Assembly: GCA_003140075.1 (NCBI GenBank)
Contig: PLIO01000202.1
Location: 29,395-93,394, forward strand
Direction of reading: 5' to 3'
Origin: Acidobacteriaceae bacterium
GTDB lineage: Bacteria > Acidobacteriota > Terriglobia > Terriglobales > Acidobacteriaceae
Length of the DNA stretch: 64,000 nt
Each line of letters starts with the position of its first letter. The stretch's first letter is position 1. A model generated the notes under the pieces. The model was not told the DNA's origin, did not search any database, and saw nothing but the letters and a program-made list of their open reading frames with translations. The translations under genes and the position numbers were made by a program. This document shows positions 9,025-18,244 of this stretch, one piece after another.

Positions 9025-9645
9025 ATGGTATCTCGCAGTGTGGTTTTCTGGGAAGTGGATACCCAGGCGGATTTTATGCTGCCCGGCGGCAAGCTCTACG
9101 TGCCGGGCGCCGAACGATTGCTTCCTAATATTCGCAGGCTCACGGACGCTGCCCGGCAGGGGCGTGTCTTTCTGGTGTCGCACGGGTGCTACCACACGAA
9201 GGACGATCCTGAGTTCCAGACGTTTACGCCGCACTGCATTAAAGGGACCGAGGGCGCGGCATTCGTTCCCGAGGCGTTGACGGATAAAGTTGTCACCGTG
9301 CCGAACGAGGCAACGGCAACGCTGCCGCGCGACTTTGCCCACTGCCAGCAGATCCTGCTGGAAAAACAGACGCTCGATATTTTTCAAAGCCGGCATGTTG
9401 GAAAACTGGTAGAGCGGTTTAGCGAGGATATTGAATTCGTGGTCTTTGGAGTGGTGACGGAATATTGCGTGCGTTTCGCGGCAAAGGGATTGTTGGATCG
9501 CGGCCGGCGCGTCTCCGTGGTTCAGGATGCGATCGAGACTTTGAAGGCTGAAGATGGAGAACGCACGGTGGCTGAACTGCAAGGCATGGGCGCAAGATTT
9601 TTCAACACTGACGATGCTCTCGCTTTGCTTGATCATTCGAAATAG
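9025..9645 (+). CDS. pncA: Nicotinamidase / isochorismatase-family cysteine hydrolase
   Basis: 206-aa ORF. WEVDTQADF carries the catalytic Asp, TPHCIKGTEGAAF is the nicotinamidase hallmark WPxHCVxGTxGA-like motif, and VVFGVVTEYCV carries the nucleophile Cys. Confidence 0.65.
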   Translation: MVSRSVVFWEVDTQADFMLPGGKLYVPGAERLLPNIRRLTDAARQGRVFLVSHGCYHTKDDPEFQTFTPHCIKGTEGAAFVPEALTDKVVTVPNEATATLPRDFAHCQQILLEKQTLDIFQSRHVGKLVERFSEDIEFVVFGVVTEYCVRFAAKGLLDRGRRVSVVQDAIETLKAEDGERTVAELQGMGARFFNTDDALALLDHSK

Positions 9646-9684
9646 CCTGTGCAATTCCACGGTGATTTATAATCCAACCCACTG

Positions 9685-12279
9685 ATGAACCTGACTTCTG
9701 GTACAAAACTTGGGCCGTACGAGATCGTTAGCCTGCTGGGCGCGGGAGGGATGGGCGAGGTGTATCGCGCCCGCGACGCCCGTCTGAAAAGGGAAGTGGC
9801 GATCAAGGTATTGCCGCAAGCCCTCTCACAGGATGCCGAACGGCTGAGGCGTTTCGAGCAAGAGGCGCTCGCCACTGCTGCACTAAACCACCCCAATATT
9901 CTCGCGGTCTTCGACGTTGGAACCAATGAGGGCTCGCCTTACGTTGTGTCGGAATTGCTGGAGGGCGAGACGCTGCGCGAGCGGTTACGCAGTGGGGCGA
10001 TGGCGGTGCGCAAGACTTTGGACTACGCGTTGCAAATCGCGCATGGGCTGGCCGCGGCCCACGCAAAAGGAATCATCCATCGCGACCTGAAGCCGGAAAA
10101 TTTATTCCTAACGAAAGATGGGCGGGTCAAGATTCTGGATTTCGGCCTGGCCAAACTGACTCAGCCCGATCTGAGCGGAGATGGAGGCGTCGCGCCCACC
10201 TCGCTGCCGACCATGACCCACGCCACGGAAGCGGGTGTGGTGATGGGGACGGCGGGTTATATGTCTCCCGAGCAGGTGCGCGGAGTGGCCGTGGATGCGC
10301 GCTCCGACATTTTCAGCTTTGGGGCAATTCTCTTCGAGATGATTTCCGGCAAACGAGCCTTTCATCGGGAGACTGCCGCCGATACGATGAGCGCGATCCT
10401 GAAGGAAGATCCGGCGGATTTGAGCGAGACCAATCGCAATGTTTCTCCGGCGCTGGAGAGAATTGTGCAGCACTGCCTGGAGAAAAATCCGGAGCAGCGG
10501 TTTCATTCCGCCAGCGATATCGCATTCGATCTGGAACATCTTTCCGGGATTTCCAGCACAAGCGCGAGAGCAATGGCAGTTGCGGGTGCGCGGCCAAAGG
10601 GCAGGTGGCTGGCCGTGTTCGCTGGTGGGCTGGCGCTCGCGTTCGCGCTGCTTGCTGCCGGATGGTGGCTGGGCCGAGGCAGCGGCCCGGCGGCCCTCGC
10701 CGAGTACCAGCAGATTACTTTTCGCAGGGGCTCCATCGGCCATGCCCGGTTCACACCCGATGGCAGCATTGTTTACAGTGCGTCGTGGGAAGGAGCCGAA
10801 GATCAACTGTATATCGCCCGCGCGGACGACCCAGGCTCCCGCGAGCTGGGACTGAAGGACGCGGAGTTGCTTTCGATCTCCAAGAACGGAGAGTTGGCCG
10901 TCCGGCTGAGGACGGTGTTTTTCGCCGGCTATGCGCGAAGCGGGACGCTGGCGCGGGTGCCGCTGAGCGGGGGAACGCCGCGAGAAGTGCTGGACAACGT
11001 ACAGGACGCGGACTGGTCGCCGAACGGCGACAGCATGGCGATCGTCCGGTACCTTCCGGAAAACGGCCACTGGCGTTTGGAGTATCCCATTGGCAACGTC
11101 TTGATCGACAGCATCAACTGGATGAGCCACCCCAAGATTTCGCCGGACGGAAAATGGGTGGCGTTTGCCGATCATGAGAACAATGGAGGCGACGACGAAG
11201 GGTCGATCGCGGTGATTGGCTCGGATGGAAAGGGCAAGGAGAAGAAGCTTTCTTCGGGCTGGTCGTCGATGGAAGGGATTATCTGGTCGCCTACGGGCGA
11301 GGAGGTCTGGTTTGCCTCGACGAACCATGGAAGTGGACAGAGCCCGCGGGCTGTAACTCTTTCTGGCAGGTTGCGGACGATCACGAACGTTCCTGGAGGC
11401 ATGTGGCTGGAGGATGTTCGGAATGGAACAGTGCTGGCCGTAACGCACCAGCAGCGGGTCGGGATCCGGGGACTGGCGCCGGGTGCGAAAGAAGAGCATG
11501 AACTGGGGTGGTTCGGCTGGTCGCTGTTGGGCGACATCAGTCCCGATGGGCGCAAGATTTTGTTTACGGAGGCAGGCGACGCAGGCGGGCCTGACTATAC
11601 CGTATTTCTGCGCGACACCGATGGATCGCCCCCGTCGCGCATTGGCGAGGGTGACGCCATGGCTATTTCGAACGATGGAAAATGGGCGATCACGAAGCCT
11701 CCGAAAGGCGGACCCATGAATCTGGTGCCGACCGGAGCCGGCGAAGCGAGAGCGATTACGCATGATGCCGTTAACTACGAATCGGTGCGCTGGCTGCCTG
11801 ATGGCAAACGAGTGCTGGCGAGTGGAATTGAAGCAGGGCACGGGGCGCGCGACTACGTGATTGATCTAAGCACTGGGGATGCAAAGCCGATCACCCCGGA
11901 GGGCATCGCGGGGGTACACCTGTCGCCGGATGGCAGGAGCACGGTGGTATTGGCGTCCGATGGGAACTGGGGAGTTTGGCCACTGGAGGGCAGCGGTATT
12001 CATCCCATCCCGGGGCTCGACTCGGTCTACTACGTCATCGGTTGGTCGCCGGATGGAGGATCGGTGTACGCGGTCTCCAGTCGAGCGAACGAGAAAACCG
12101 CGAAGGTGTACAGGGTGAACATTGAGACCGGAAAAAGGGAGCTGTGGAAGACCTTCGGGGGAGATACGGAGGGGGTCAGAATAGTTGGCCGGCTTCAGCT
12201 TTCAAGCGGTGCGACGGCGTATGCATACACTTACTCGGTGATACTGTCGCAGGCGTACGCGGTGACGGGGTTGAAGTAA
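9685..12279 (+). CDS. Ser/Thr protein kinase with one TM helix and a C-terminal TolB/PD40-like beta-propeller
   Basis: 864-aa ORF with Hanks kinase motifs ([41 protein letters not shown]). A TM segment [22 protein letters not shown] is followed by repeated SPDG/SPNG-containing propeller blades. Confidence 0.85.
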   Translation: MNLTSGTKLGPYEIVSLLGAGGMGEVYRARDARLKREVAIKVLPQALSQDAERLRRFEQEALATAALNHPNILAVFDVGTNEGSPYVVSELLEGETLRERLRSGAMAVRKTLDYALQIAHGLAAAHAKGIIHRDLKPENLFLTKDGRVKILDFGLAKLTQPDLSGDGGVAPTSLPTMTHATEAGVVMGTAGYMSPEQVRGVAVDARSDIFSFGAILFEMISGKRAFHRETAADTMSAILKEDPADLSETNRNVSPALERIVQHCLEKNPEQRFHSASDIAFDLEHLSGISSTSARAMAVAGARPKGRWLAVFAGGLALAFALLAAGWWLGRGSGPAALAEYQQITFRRGSIGHARFTPDGSIVYSASWEGAEDQLYIARADDPGSRELGLKDAELLSISKNGELAVRLRTVFFAGYARSGTLARVPLSGGTPREVLDNVQDADWSPNGDSMAIVRYLPENGHWRLEYPIGNVLIDSINWMSHPKISPDGKWVAFADHENNGGDDEGSIAVIGSDGKGKEKKLSSGWSSMEGIIWSPTGEEVWFASTNHGSGQSPRAVTLSGRLRTITNVPGGMWLEDVRNGTVLAVTHQQRVGIRGLAPGAKEEHELGWFGWSLLGDISPDGRKILFTEAGDAGGPDYTVFLRDTDGSPPSRIGEGDAMAISNDGKWAITKPPKGGPMNLVPTGAGEARAITHDAVNYESVRWLPDGKRVLASGIEAGHGARDYVIDLSTGDAKPITPEGIAGVHLSPDGRSTVVLASDGNWGVWPLEGSGIHPIPGLDSVYYVIGWSPDGGSVYAVSSRANEKTAKVYRVNIETGKRELWKTFGGDTEGVRIVGRLQLSSGATAYAYTYSVILSQAYAVTGLK

Positions 12280-12295
12280 AGACGAGGTGAGTGGA

Positions 12296-13132
12296 TTACC
12301 CGGCCAGGGTTTCGATGGCTTTTACCGCATCGGCAGGAAGCGCTAGCTGAGAGCTGGCGAGATCCTGCGCCATGTGCTCCGGGCTGGAAGTGCCGGTGAG
12401 CGGGAGCATTCCGAGCCTGCGGGCGAACGCAAAAATAATCTGCGGCGCAGTGGCCCCGGAACGAGCGGCGAGGCCTGCGACTACAAGATGATGGAGCACT
12501 TCTGGATTCGCAGTGAGCAGCGAAAATCCCTGATACGTGATTTTGCGCTCGTGGCAAAATAGTCGGACTTCGCGGTCCCAGCCGAGGCGGGCGTAACATC
12601 GGTTCTGCACGAACGCGGGCGCTTGGGAGTGAACTGCTGCCATTTGCTCAAGCTGGCGAAGTGAAATATTGCTTACTCCGAGCAGGCGCGTGCGGCCGGC
12701 ATCACGCTCTTTCGTCATTGCGTCCCAAACCTCGGTGTCGGCTTCGGTCCAGTCATAGCGCGATGAGGGTCCGTGCAGCACGAAGCTGTCGACATAGTGG
12801 GTACCAAGATGATCGAGCGAGCTGGCCAGCGATTGAGCGACCTGTACGGATAAGGTGGCTGCGGGATCGTAGGGCAGGCGGTGGTCCTGACCGGGCTGAT
12901 AGGTGAATTTCGTCTGCAGAAAAAGATCTGCGCGTGTGACCACTCCCGCGCGATAGGCGGCCGCCAATCCCTGGCCGACTCCGGCTTCGAAGTAGTGCCG
13001 CCGCTGGTTGGCTGTGTCGATGCCCCGAAAGCCTGTGCGGAGCGCCAGCTCTACTAGGGCCGGGGTGCGGTCTTCCTTCCAAGCCGTGCCGTAAAGAAAA
13101 TCGGGAACGAATACAGGTTGCGGAGTTGGCAT
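12296..13132 (-). CDS. Aldo/keto reductase
   Basis: 278-aa ORF with LYGTAWKE, GFRGIDTA..Y and LGVSN motifs typical of the AKR family. Confidence 0.85.
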   Translation of the reverse strand: MPTPQPVFVPDFLYGTAWKEDRTPALVELALRTGFRGIDTANQRRHYFEAGVGQGLAAAYRAGVVTRADLFLQTKFTYQPGQDHRLPYDPAATLSVQVAQSLASSLDHLGTHYVDSFVLHGPSSRYDWTEADTEVWDAMTKERDAGRTRLLGVSNISLRQLEQMAAVHSQAPAFVQNRCYARLGWDREVRLFCHERKITYQGFSLLTANPEVLHHLVVAGLAARSGATAPQIIFAFARRLGMLPLTGTSSPEHMAQDLASSQLALPADAVKAIETLAG

Positions 13133-13170
13133 GCGCTATTTTGCCATGACCGCGCGATACTCGATATGCA

Positions 13171-15714
13171 TTACGGCTTCGCGCTCGCAGTGGCAGCCTG
13201 CGGATTCTTCACGTAAGTGTTGAGCCAGTTGTTCATCTCCCAAAGCATGTGGAGGACGGACTCACGGGCCGCATAGCCATGCGATTCCAGAGGCAGCAAC
13301 ACAAAGCGCACCGTGCCACCCTGACCTTTGATGGCGCTAAAGAGGCGCTCGCTCTGCATGGGGAATGTGCCGGTATTGTTGTCGGCCTCGCCGTGGATCA
13401 ACAAGATGGGTGTCTTGATCTTGTCCGCGTACGAAAATGGGGACATCTTGTAATACACTTCGGGCGCCTGCCAATACGTGCGGTCCTCATTTTGAAATCC
13501 AAAGGGCGTCAGCGTGCGGTTATAGGCTCCACTGCGCGCGATGCCGGCCTTGAACAGGTCGCTATGAGACAGCAGGTTTGCAGTCATGAACGCGCCGTAA
13601 GAGTGGCCCATTACCGCGACCCGGTTGCGATCGGCCACGCCGAGGCGCACGCCTTCATCGATTGCAGCCTGAGCGCTGGCTACTAATTGTTCTACGTACG
13701 TGTCGTTCGGCTCTACCTTACCCTCGCCGACGATGGGAATCGTTGCGCTCTCCAGCACTGCGTAGCCCTGCGTGGCAAAGGGCACGGGCGATCCCCAATA
13801 CAAGAAGGGAAATTCGTATGGAGACCCGCTGATCTGTCCGGCCGCCGCTTTCGTTTTGTATTCCGTGGGATACGCTTCCATCAGAGTTGGCAGCGGACCG
13901 TCTCCGCTTTTGTAACCTGGCGGAAGATAAAGATTGGCGCTCAGCTCAACTCCATCGGAGCGCTTGTATTTGAGAACCTGCTTTTTCGGCAGCGGTGAAT
14001 TGCCGTACGGATTGAGAAATTGCGTAACCTGCTCCAGGGAATTTTTGGCGACGTTCTTCAGATAGTAGTTCGGGCTGACTTCCGGAGATTCTCGTCGAAT
14101 CAGAATGGTGGGAGCGGCCGCGTCCAAAACTACGGAAGGTGATTCAAAGAACGGCGCTGCCGATTGCCATACCCGCACGGTCTTAACCGCAAGAGTCGTC
14201 GGGCCGGCGTTGGCGTTCGCCAGGCTCAATACGGAAACAAACGGTTGGTCTCCATCCGGCGAAGCTCCTTCGGCGTGCAGGTACAAGCCTGTCCCGTCAG
14301 GCGTTAACTGCACAATGGATTTTCCCGCTCCGTTCATTACTTCAAACGGTTCGCCAGGATCGTGATAGTGATCTTCAAAGGAACCTTCGAACAATTTCAC
14401 TTCGGTTCCAGGAGCAGCCGGAGATACTTCGAGCATGATCCGCTTACGATCCTTCCAGCGCTGCTCTTCTACGATTGCGACGCGGTCGTTTCCCCACTCC
14501 ATGCTTCTGAAGCGCAGAGGAAGCTCGGCAAGCTTTTGCGGTGGCGCCTCGAAAGGCGCATCCTGTATGAATAGCCGGTCGCGAACCGGCGCTTCCTTCG
14601 TTGGATCTCCGCCATCGGCCGCTTCTGCCCAGAAGACTGTCGATGGCGCATCGCTGCGCCATTCGAAGTCGCGAGGTCCGGTTTCTACAGCGTCGTGAAT
14701 GTTTGGGATCGTATCTTCGAGAGGCTTGTCGGCAAGTTGCTTGACGTTCCCGCTTTTCAAGTCGACTACCGAGATTCTCTCGGGAAACATGTAGAAAGGC
14801 AGCAAATAGGAATAAGGGGGATGGCGTTCGTCGAGCAACGCATAGCGCCCGTCAGGAGAAGCGGAGGCGCTCTCTACTATGCCGGGTTTGCCGACGGGTG
14901 CGATTCTGCCGTCGAGCCCGACCACTACCACCTGAGAGGTTGCATAGTAGTTGAAAATAGCCTCGTCTTCGGGATTCTTCAGCAGGTCTTGAAACGTTGG
15001 CCCCGGTGTGACTCGCCCGAGATTCTCCTGGATGACGGGCCCTGTTGGCACGGCGCTGCGAGCGGGCGCGGCTGCTCTGCCTTTCGGCACAGCCTTGCAG
15101 ATCAAGCTTCGGCTGTCTCCCAACCATTCACACGGTCGGCCGAAAATTCCATTCAGCGCAAGATCGGGCACACGCCGCGCTTGCGCCGAGGCTACGTCGA
15201 CGACCCAGAGGCTCAATCCGGCATCCTCCGGCGCATCGCTGACGCTCACGAAGAAAATGTGACGGGCATCCGGCGACCAGCCGGCAAAGCGAATCTTCGC
15301 GTCCGGGGGCGGGCCGGCGATCGGCCGCTCCGTGCCATCGGGCAGGGCTTTTAGGCTCAAGGCGGTGACATAGCGGCCGCGGCTGGGTCCGTTAGTTTTG
15401 GGATTGAAGCGTAGACCTGCCAACCGCAATTCCGGCTGAGCCAGATCGGCTATCGAGGGCAAACCCGAAATCGCTTCCATGAGCAGCCATCGGCCGCTCA
15501 GCCCACTGCCGGGAGAGACTTCCACGCTGGGCGTGGGCCGTATGTCCACCAGATCGATGAGCGCCTTCGGTGGTTCCTGATACTTGAGGCTGGTCTGAGC
15601 TTCGACTGCGCAAAGTATTCCGGCAAGAAACAGCAAGAGAAAGAAGAATCGACAGAAAAAGCATCGCGCGTTTGCGAACTTCAGCCTGAGACCAACTACG
15701 CCGCAAGTGTTCAT
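13171..15714 (-). CDS. Secreted S9-family serine peptidase (prolyl oligopeptidase / glutamyl endopeptidase-like)
   Basis: 847-aa ORF with an N-terminal hydrophobic signal and a beta-propeller-like N-terminal part. The C-terminal alpha/beta hydrolase domain has the nucleophile elbow GHSYGAFMT plus HGEADNN and ESHGY. Confidence 0.8.
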   Translation of the reverse strand: MNTCGVVGLRLKFANARCFFCRFFFLLLFLAGILCAVEAQTSLKYQEPPKALIDLVDIRPTPSVEVSPGSGLSGRWLLMEAISGLPSIADLAQPELRLAGLRFNPKTNGPSRGRYVTALSLKALPDGTERPIAGPPPDAKIRFAGWSPDARHIFFVSVSDAPEDAGLSLWVVDVASAQARRVPDLALNGIFGRPCEWLGDSRSLICKAVPKGRAAAPARSAVPTGPVIQENLGRVTPGPTFQDLLKNPEDEAIFNYYATSQVVVVGLDGRIAPVGKPGIVESASASPDGRYALLDERHPPYSYLLPFYMFPERISVVDLKSGNVKQLADKPLEDTIPNIHDAVETGPRDFEWRSDAPSTVFWAEAADGGDPTKEAPVRDRLFIQDAPFEAPPQKLAELPLRFRSMEWGNDRVAIVEEQRWKDRKRIMLEVSPAAPGTEVKLFEGSFEDHYHDPGEPFEVMNGAGKSIVQLTPDGTGLYLHAEGASPDGDQPFVSVLSLANANAGPTTLAVKTVRVWQSAAPFFESPSVVLDAAAPTILIRRESPEVSPNYYLKNVAKNSLEQVTQFLNPYGNSPLPKKQVLKYKRSDGVELSANLYLPPGYKSGDGPLPTLMEAYPTEYKTKAAAGQISGSPYEFPFLYWGSPVPFATQGYAVLESATIPIVGEGKVEPNDTYVEQLVASAQAAIDEGVRLGVADRNRVAVMGHSYGAFMTANLLSHSDLFKAGIARSGAYNRTLTPFGFQNEDRTYWQAPEVYYKMSPFSYADKIKTPILLIHGEADNNTGTFPMQSERLFSAIKGQGGTVRFVLLPLESHGYAARESVLHMLWEMNNWLNTYVKNPQAATASAKP

Positions 15715-16270
15715 TCAACCTGGCCGCCTTGTCGTGGATGTCAATAAATGTAGCGACGTACATTGTCTCCTCAAGAGTGATGCCGCACAACTCCTTTTTG
15801 TTTAGCCGATGCGACGGCTCAGAGTCATTCTGTGGTGAGGGGTTTTTCTTTTGTGATCGTTCCGGATTCCGGGAGGTGTTTGCGGGCGGGGCGGAAGTGC
15901 ACACGCCCGCCTACGCGGCCTGCGAGGTTGACGGTTGCTTCACCCTATGCGAGCAGGTTTAGGCCGCTCTGGCTTCCATATACGCTTTCTAATATGGAAG
16001 TTGTAAGGTCAGGGGCGCTGGAGGCCATCGGCAGTTTGGTTCGAAAACTTTAGAACAATTCTCAACCAAGTTGAAGCCGTAGCGTTGCCTCGCTCGGTGA
16101 TTCAATTCAAATGATTGCTCTGCGGACTCGTGTCTGCAGGCGGTTTCTTGTGTTCTTGCTGACACTGTGTGTCTCGCGGTTTACATCGTCTTGAGCGGTG
16201 ACCTCTGGAAATCCTTGGAAATCCCCCATTTTCTGGGGTATCCAATTTTGGTGCGTACCTTGCTTTCTAT

Positions 16271-16298
16271 TTGCAGCGTCGGTTTCGCAGTTTATAGT
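16271..16298 (+). promoter_or_regulatory. Candidate sigma70-type promoter of the envelope operon (TTGCAG-N16-TATAGT)
   Basis: Hexamers read by eye about 24 nt upstream of ATG 16322. An AGGAG Shine-Dalgarno lies at 16314-16318. There is no experimental support. Confidence 0.3.
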
Positions 16299-16321
16299 GC
16301 AGTGTTCAGAAAGCAGGAGTC

Positions 16322-18244
16322 ATGAGACGAACATCGCTCGTCTCTGTCCAAAGCGCAGTAGCGGCTGGCTTCTTCCTGGTGCTTGTGCTCGGAGCGGTCG
16401 TGGTGTGGCGGGCCTCGCGGGCACTGCATTCGGCTGCACAAGATGTCCGTTCGGAACACGAGATCCTCTTTCTGGTTCGACCGCTTCCGGCGGTGAACAC
16501 CGATTTCGAGCCGATCAGCTCTCCCGCTGTATTTTTCCAGGCCGCGCATTTCCAGGATCATCTTTATGTGGCCGGCCCGGCAGGACTGCTCGAATATGAC
16601 ACGAGCGGGGGTCTGCTCCGCCAATACACCGTCGGCAGCGAATTACCTGGATCGCCGCTGATTGCGCTCGCTCCCGCCGTTCTGGCCGACGCTCGTGAAC
16701 CCGAACTCATCATTGCGACCGCCAACGACGGACTGCTGGCTTTCAATGGGCGCGCCCTTCGGCAGATCTTGCCCTACGACTTCGATACGCGCGCCATCAC
16801 CACGATTATGTCGTTCGCTTCCGGTCATCTTCTTATGGGGACCAAGAAGAAGGGCGTTCTGGTCTACGACGGGAAGCGGATCACGGTTCTGCACTCCACG
16901 TTGAAGGACAAGTACGTGACCGCGCTTGCGGGCAGCGAGTCCGATCTTTGGATCGGTACTTTGGCCGGAGGCGTGCTTCACTTCCATGCGGGTGAGACTG
17001 ACAGCTTCGCCGAAGCCGAGGGATTGCCCGATCCGCAAGTCACATCGCTCGCCGTGGCCGGTGACAACACATACGTTGGTACGCCGCTCGGCGTAGCGGT
17101 CTTCGATCGTGGACGGTTCTCCCGGGTGCTTGCGCCCGGAGTGTTGGCCACTGCGCTGTTCGCAACTCGCGACCAGCTTTACGTTGGCTCAGAAGATCAG
17201 GGGATGATTTCGGTTCAGCTCGCGGGGCGCCGCCCGAATCCAAACGCCGGGCAAGATTCGCAATTATCCGAAGTGCGGCAGCTTTTTGTTTCCGGGGACA
17301 CGATGTTCGCGGTGGCTCGTAACGGGCTCTACCGCATGAAGCCTCGCGAATTCGGGTGGCAGCGAGTGCTGGAGGCAGGCGCAGCCATCCTGAGCGATCG
17401 CAATATTTCCGCTTTGGCAACGGATGGGAGCGGCCGGCTCTGGGTTGGGTATTTTGATCGGGGCCTCGACATTCTTACCGCCGATAGCAGCCGCGCCACC
17501 CACGTCGATGACGAGCATGTGTTTTGCGTCAATCGAATCTTTCCCGATGCGAGGGCCGGCACAATCGATGTGGCTACCGCGAACGGACTCGTTCGCTTCG
17601 ACAATGCCGGCAACGAGCAGCAGGTGCTGACTCACAGCGACGGACTTATTGCCGACCATGTGACCGATGTCGCCGCCTACCGCGATGGGCTTGCCCTCGC
17701 GACTCCCGCCGGACTCACCTTCCTCGACGCCACCGGTGCGCGGAGCATGTATGCATTTCATGGTCTGGTAAATAACCATGTCTATGCGCTCGGCGTTTCC
17801 GGCGACGAGCTCATGGCCGGCACGCTCGGTGGCATCTCCGTTCTTGACAAAGGCAACGTAGCGGCGAACTACACCACCGCGACTTCGAACCTGAAGCACA
17901 ACTGGATCACTGCGGCGGTTCCGGTCGGCGGCGAATGGATGGTCGGCACCTACGGGGCAGGCGTTCTTGGGCTTGACCGCGCTGGGCATTTCCATTCTTT
18001 CGAGAAGGCTTCCGGACAATTTGAAGTAAACCCGAATGCAATGCTGGTAACTCCGGATTATGTTCTGGCGGGCACTTTGGGAAACGGTTTGTATCTCTAT
18101 GATCGACAGTCCGGGCGCTGGTCCGTGATCGACAGCGGATTGCCGTCTTTGAACGTGACCGCACTTGCTCGCGGCAATGGCTATATCTACGTGGGCACTG
18201 ACAACGGGCTGGTTCGTATTCCAGAGCAGAAACTGCGCTCATGA
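16322..18244 (+). CDS. Membrane-anchored beta-propeller protein with two-component-regulator-propeller (Reg_prop)-type repeats and no output domain
   Basis: 640-aa ORF with an N-terminal TM segment (AVAAGFFLVLVLGAVVVW). At least 9 repeats of the hydrophobic-G-T-x-x-G-hydrophobic-x-x-F/D type follow (DLWIGTLAGGVLHF, YVGTPLGVAVFD, LWVGYFDRGLDIL, VATANGLVRFD, LMAGTLGGISVLD, IYVGTDNGLVRI). Confidence 0.7.
   Translation: MRRTSLVSVQSAVAAGFFLVLVLGAVVVWRASRALHSAAQDVRSEHEILFLVRPLPAVNTDFEPISSPAVFFQAAHFQDHLYVAGPAGLLEYDTSGGLLRQYTVGSELPGSPLIALAPAVLADAREPELIIATANDGLLAFNGRALRQILPYDFDTRAITTIMSFASGHLLMGTKKKGVLVYDGKRITVLHSTLKDKYVTALAGSESDLWIGTLAGGVLHFHAGETDSFAEAEGLPDPQVTSLAVAGDNTYVGTPLGVAVFDRGRFSRVLAPGVLATALFATRDQLYVGSEDQGMISVQLAGRRPNPNAGQDSQLSEVRQLFVSGDTMFAVARNGLYRMKPREFGWQRVLEAGAAILSDRNISALATDGSGRLWVGYFDRGLDILTADSSRATHVDDEHVFCVNRIFPDARAGTIDVATANGLVRFDNAGNEQQVLTHSDGLIADHVTDVAAYRDGLALATPAGLTFLDATGARSMYAFHGLVNNHVYALGVSGDELMAGTLGGISVLDKGNVAANYTTATSNLKHNWITAAVPVGGEWMVGTYGAGVLGLDRAGHFHSFEKASGQFEVNPNAMLVTPDYVLAGTLGNGLYLYDRQSGRWSVIDSGLPSLNVTALARGNGYIYVGTDNGLVRIPEQKLRS

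Noticed and set aside
16038-16045. A GGTTCGAA motif (tRNA T-loop consensus) in the long intergenic region.
   Set aside because: No acceptor, D or anticodon arms can be drawn around it, so this is not a tRNA.
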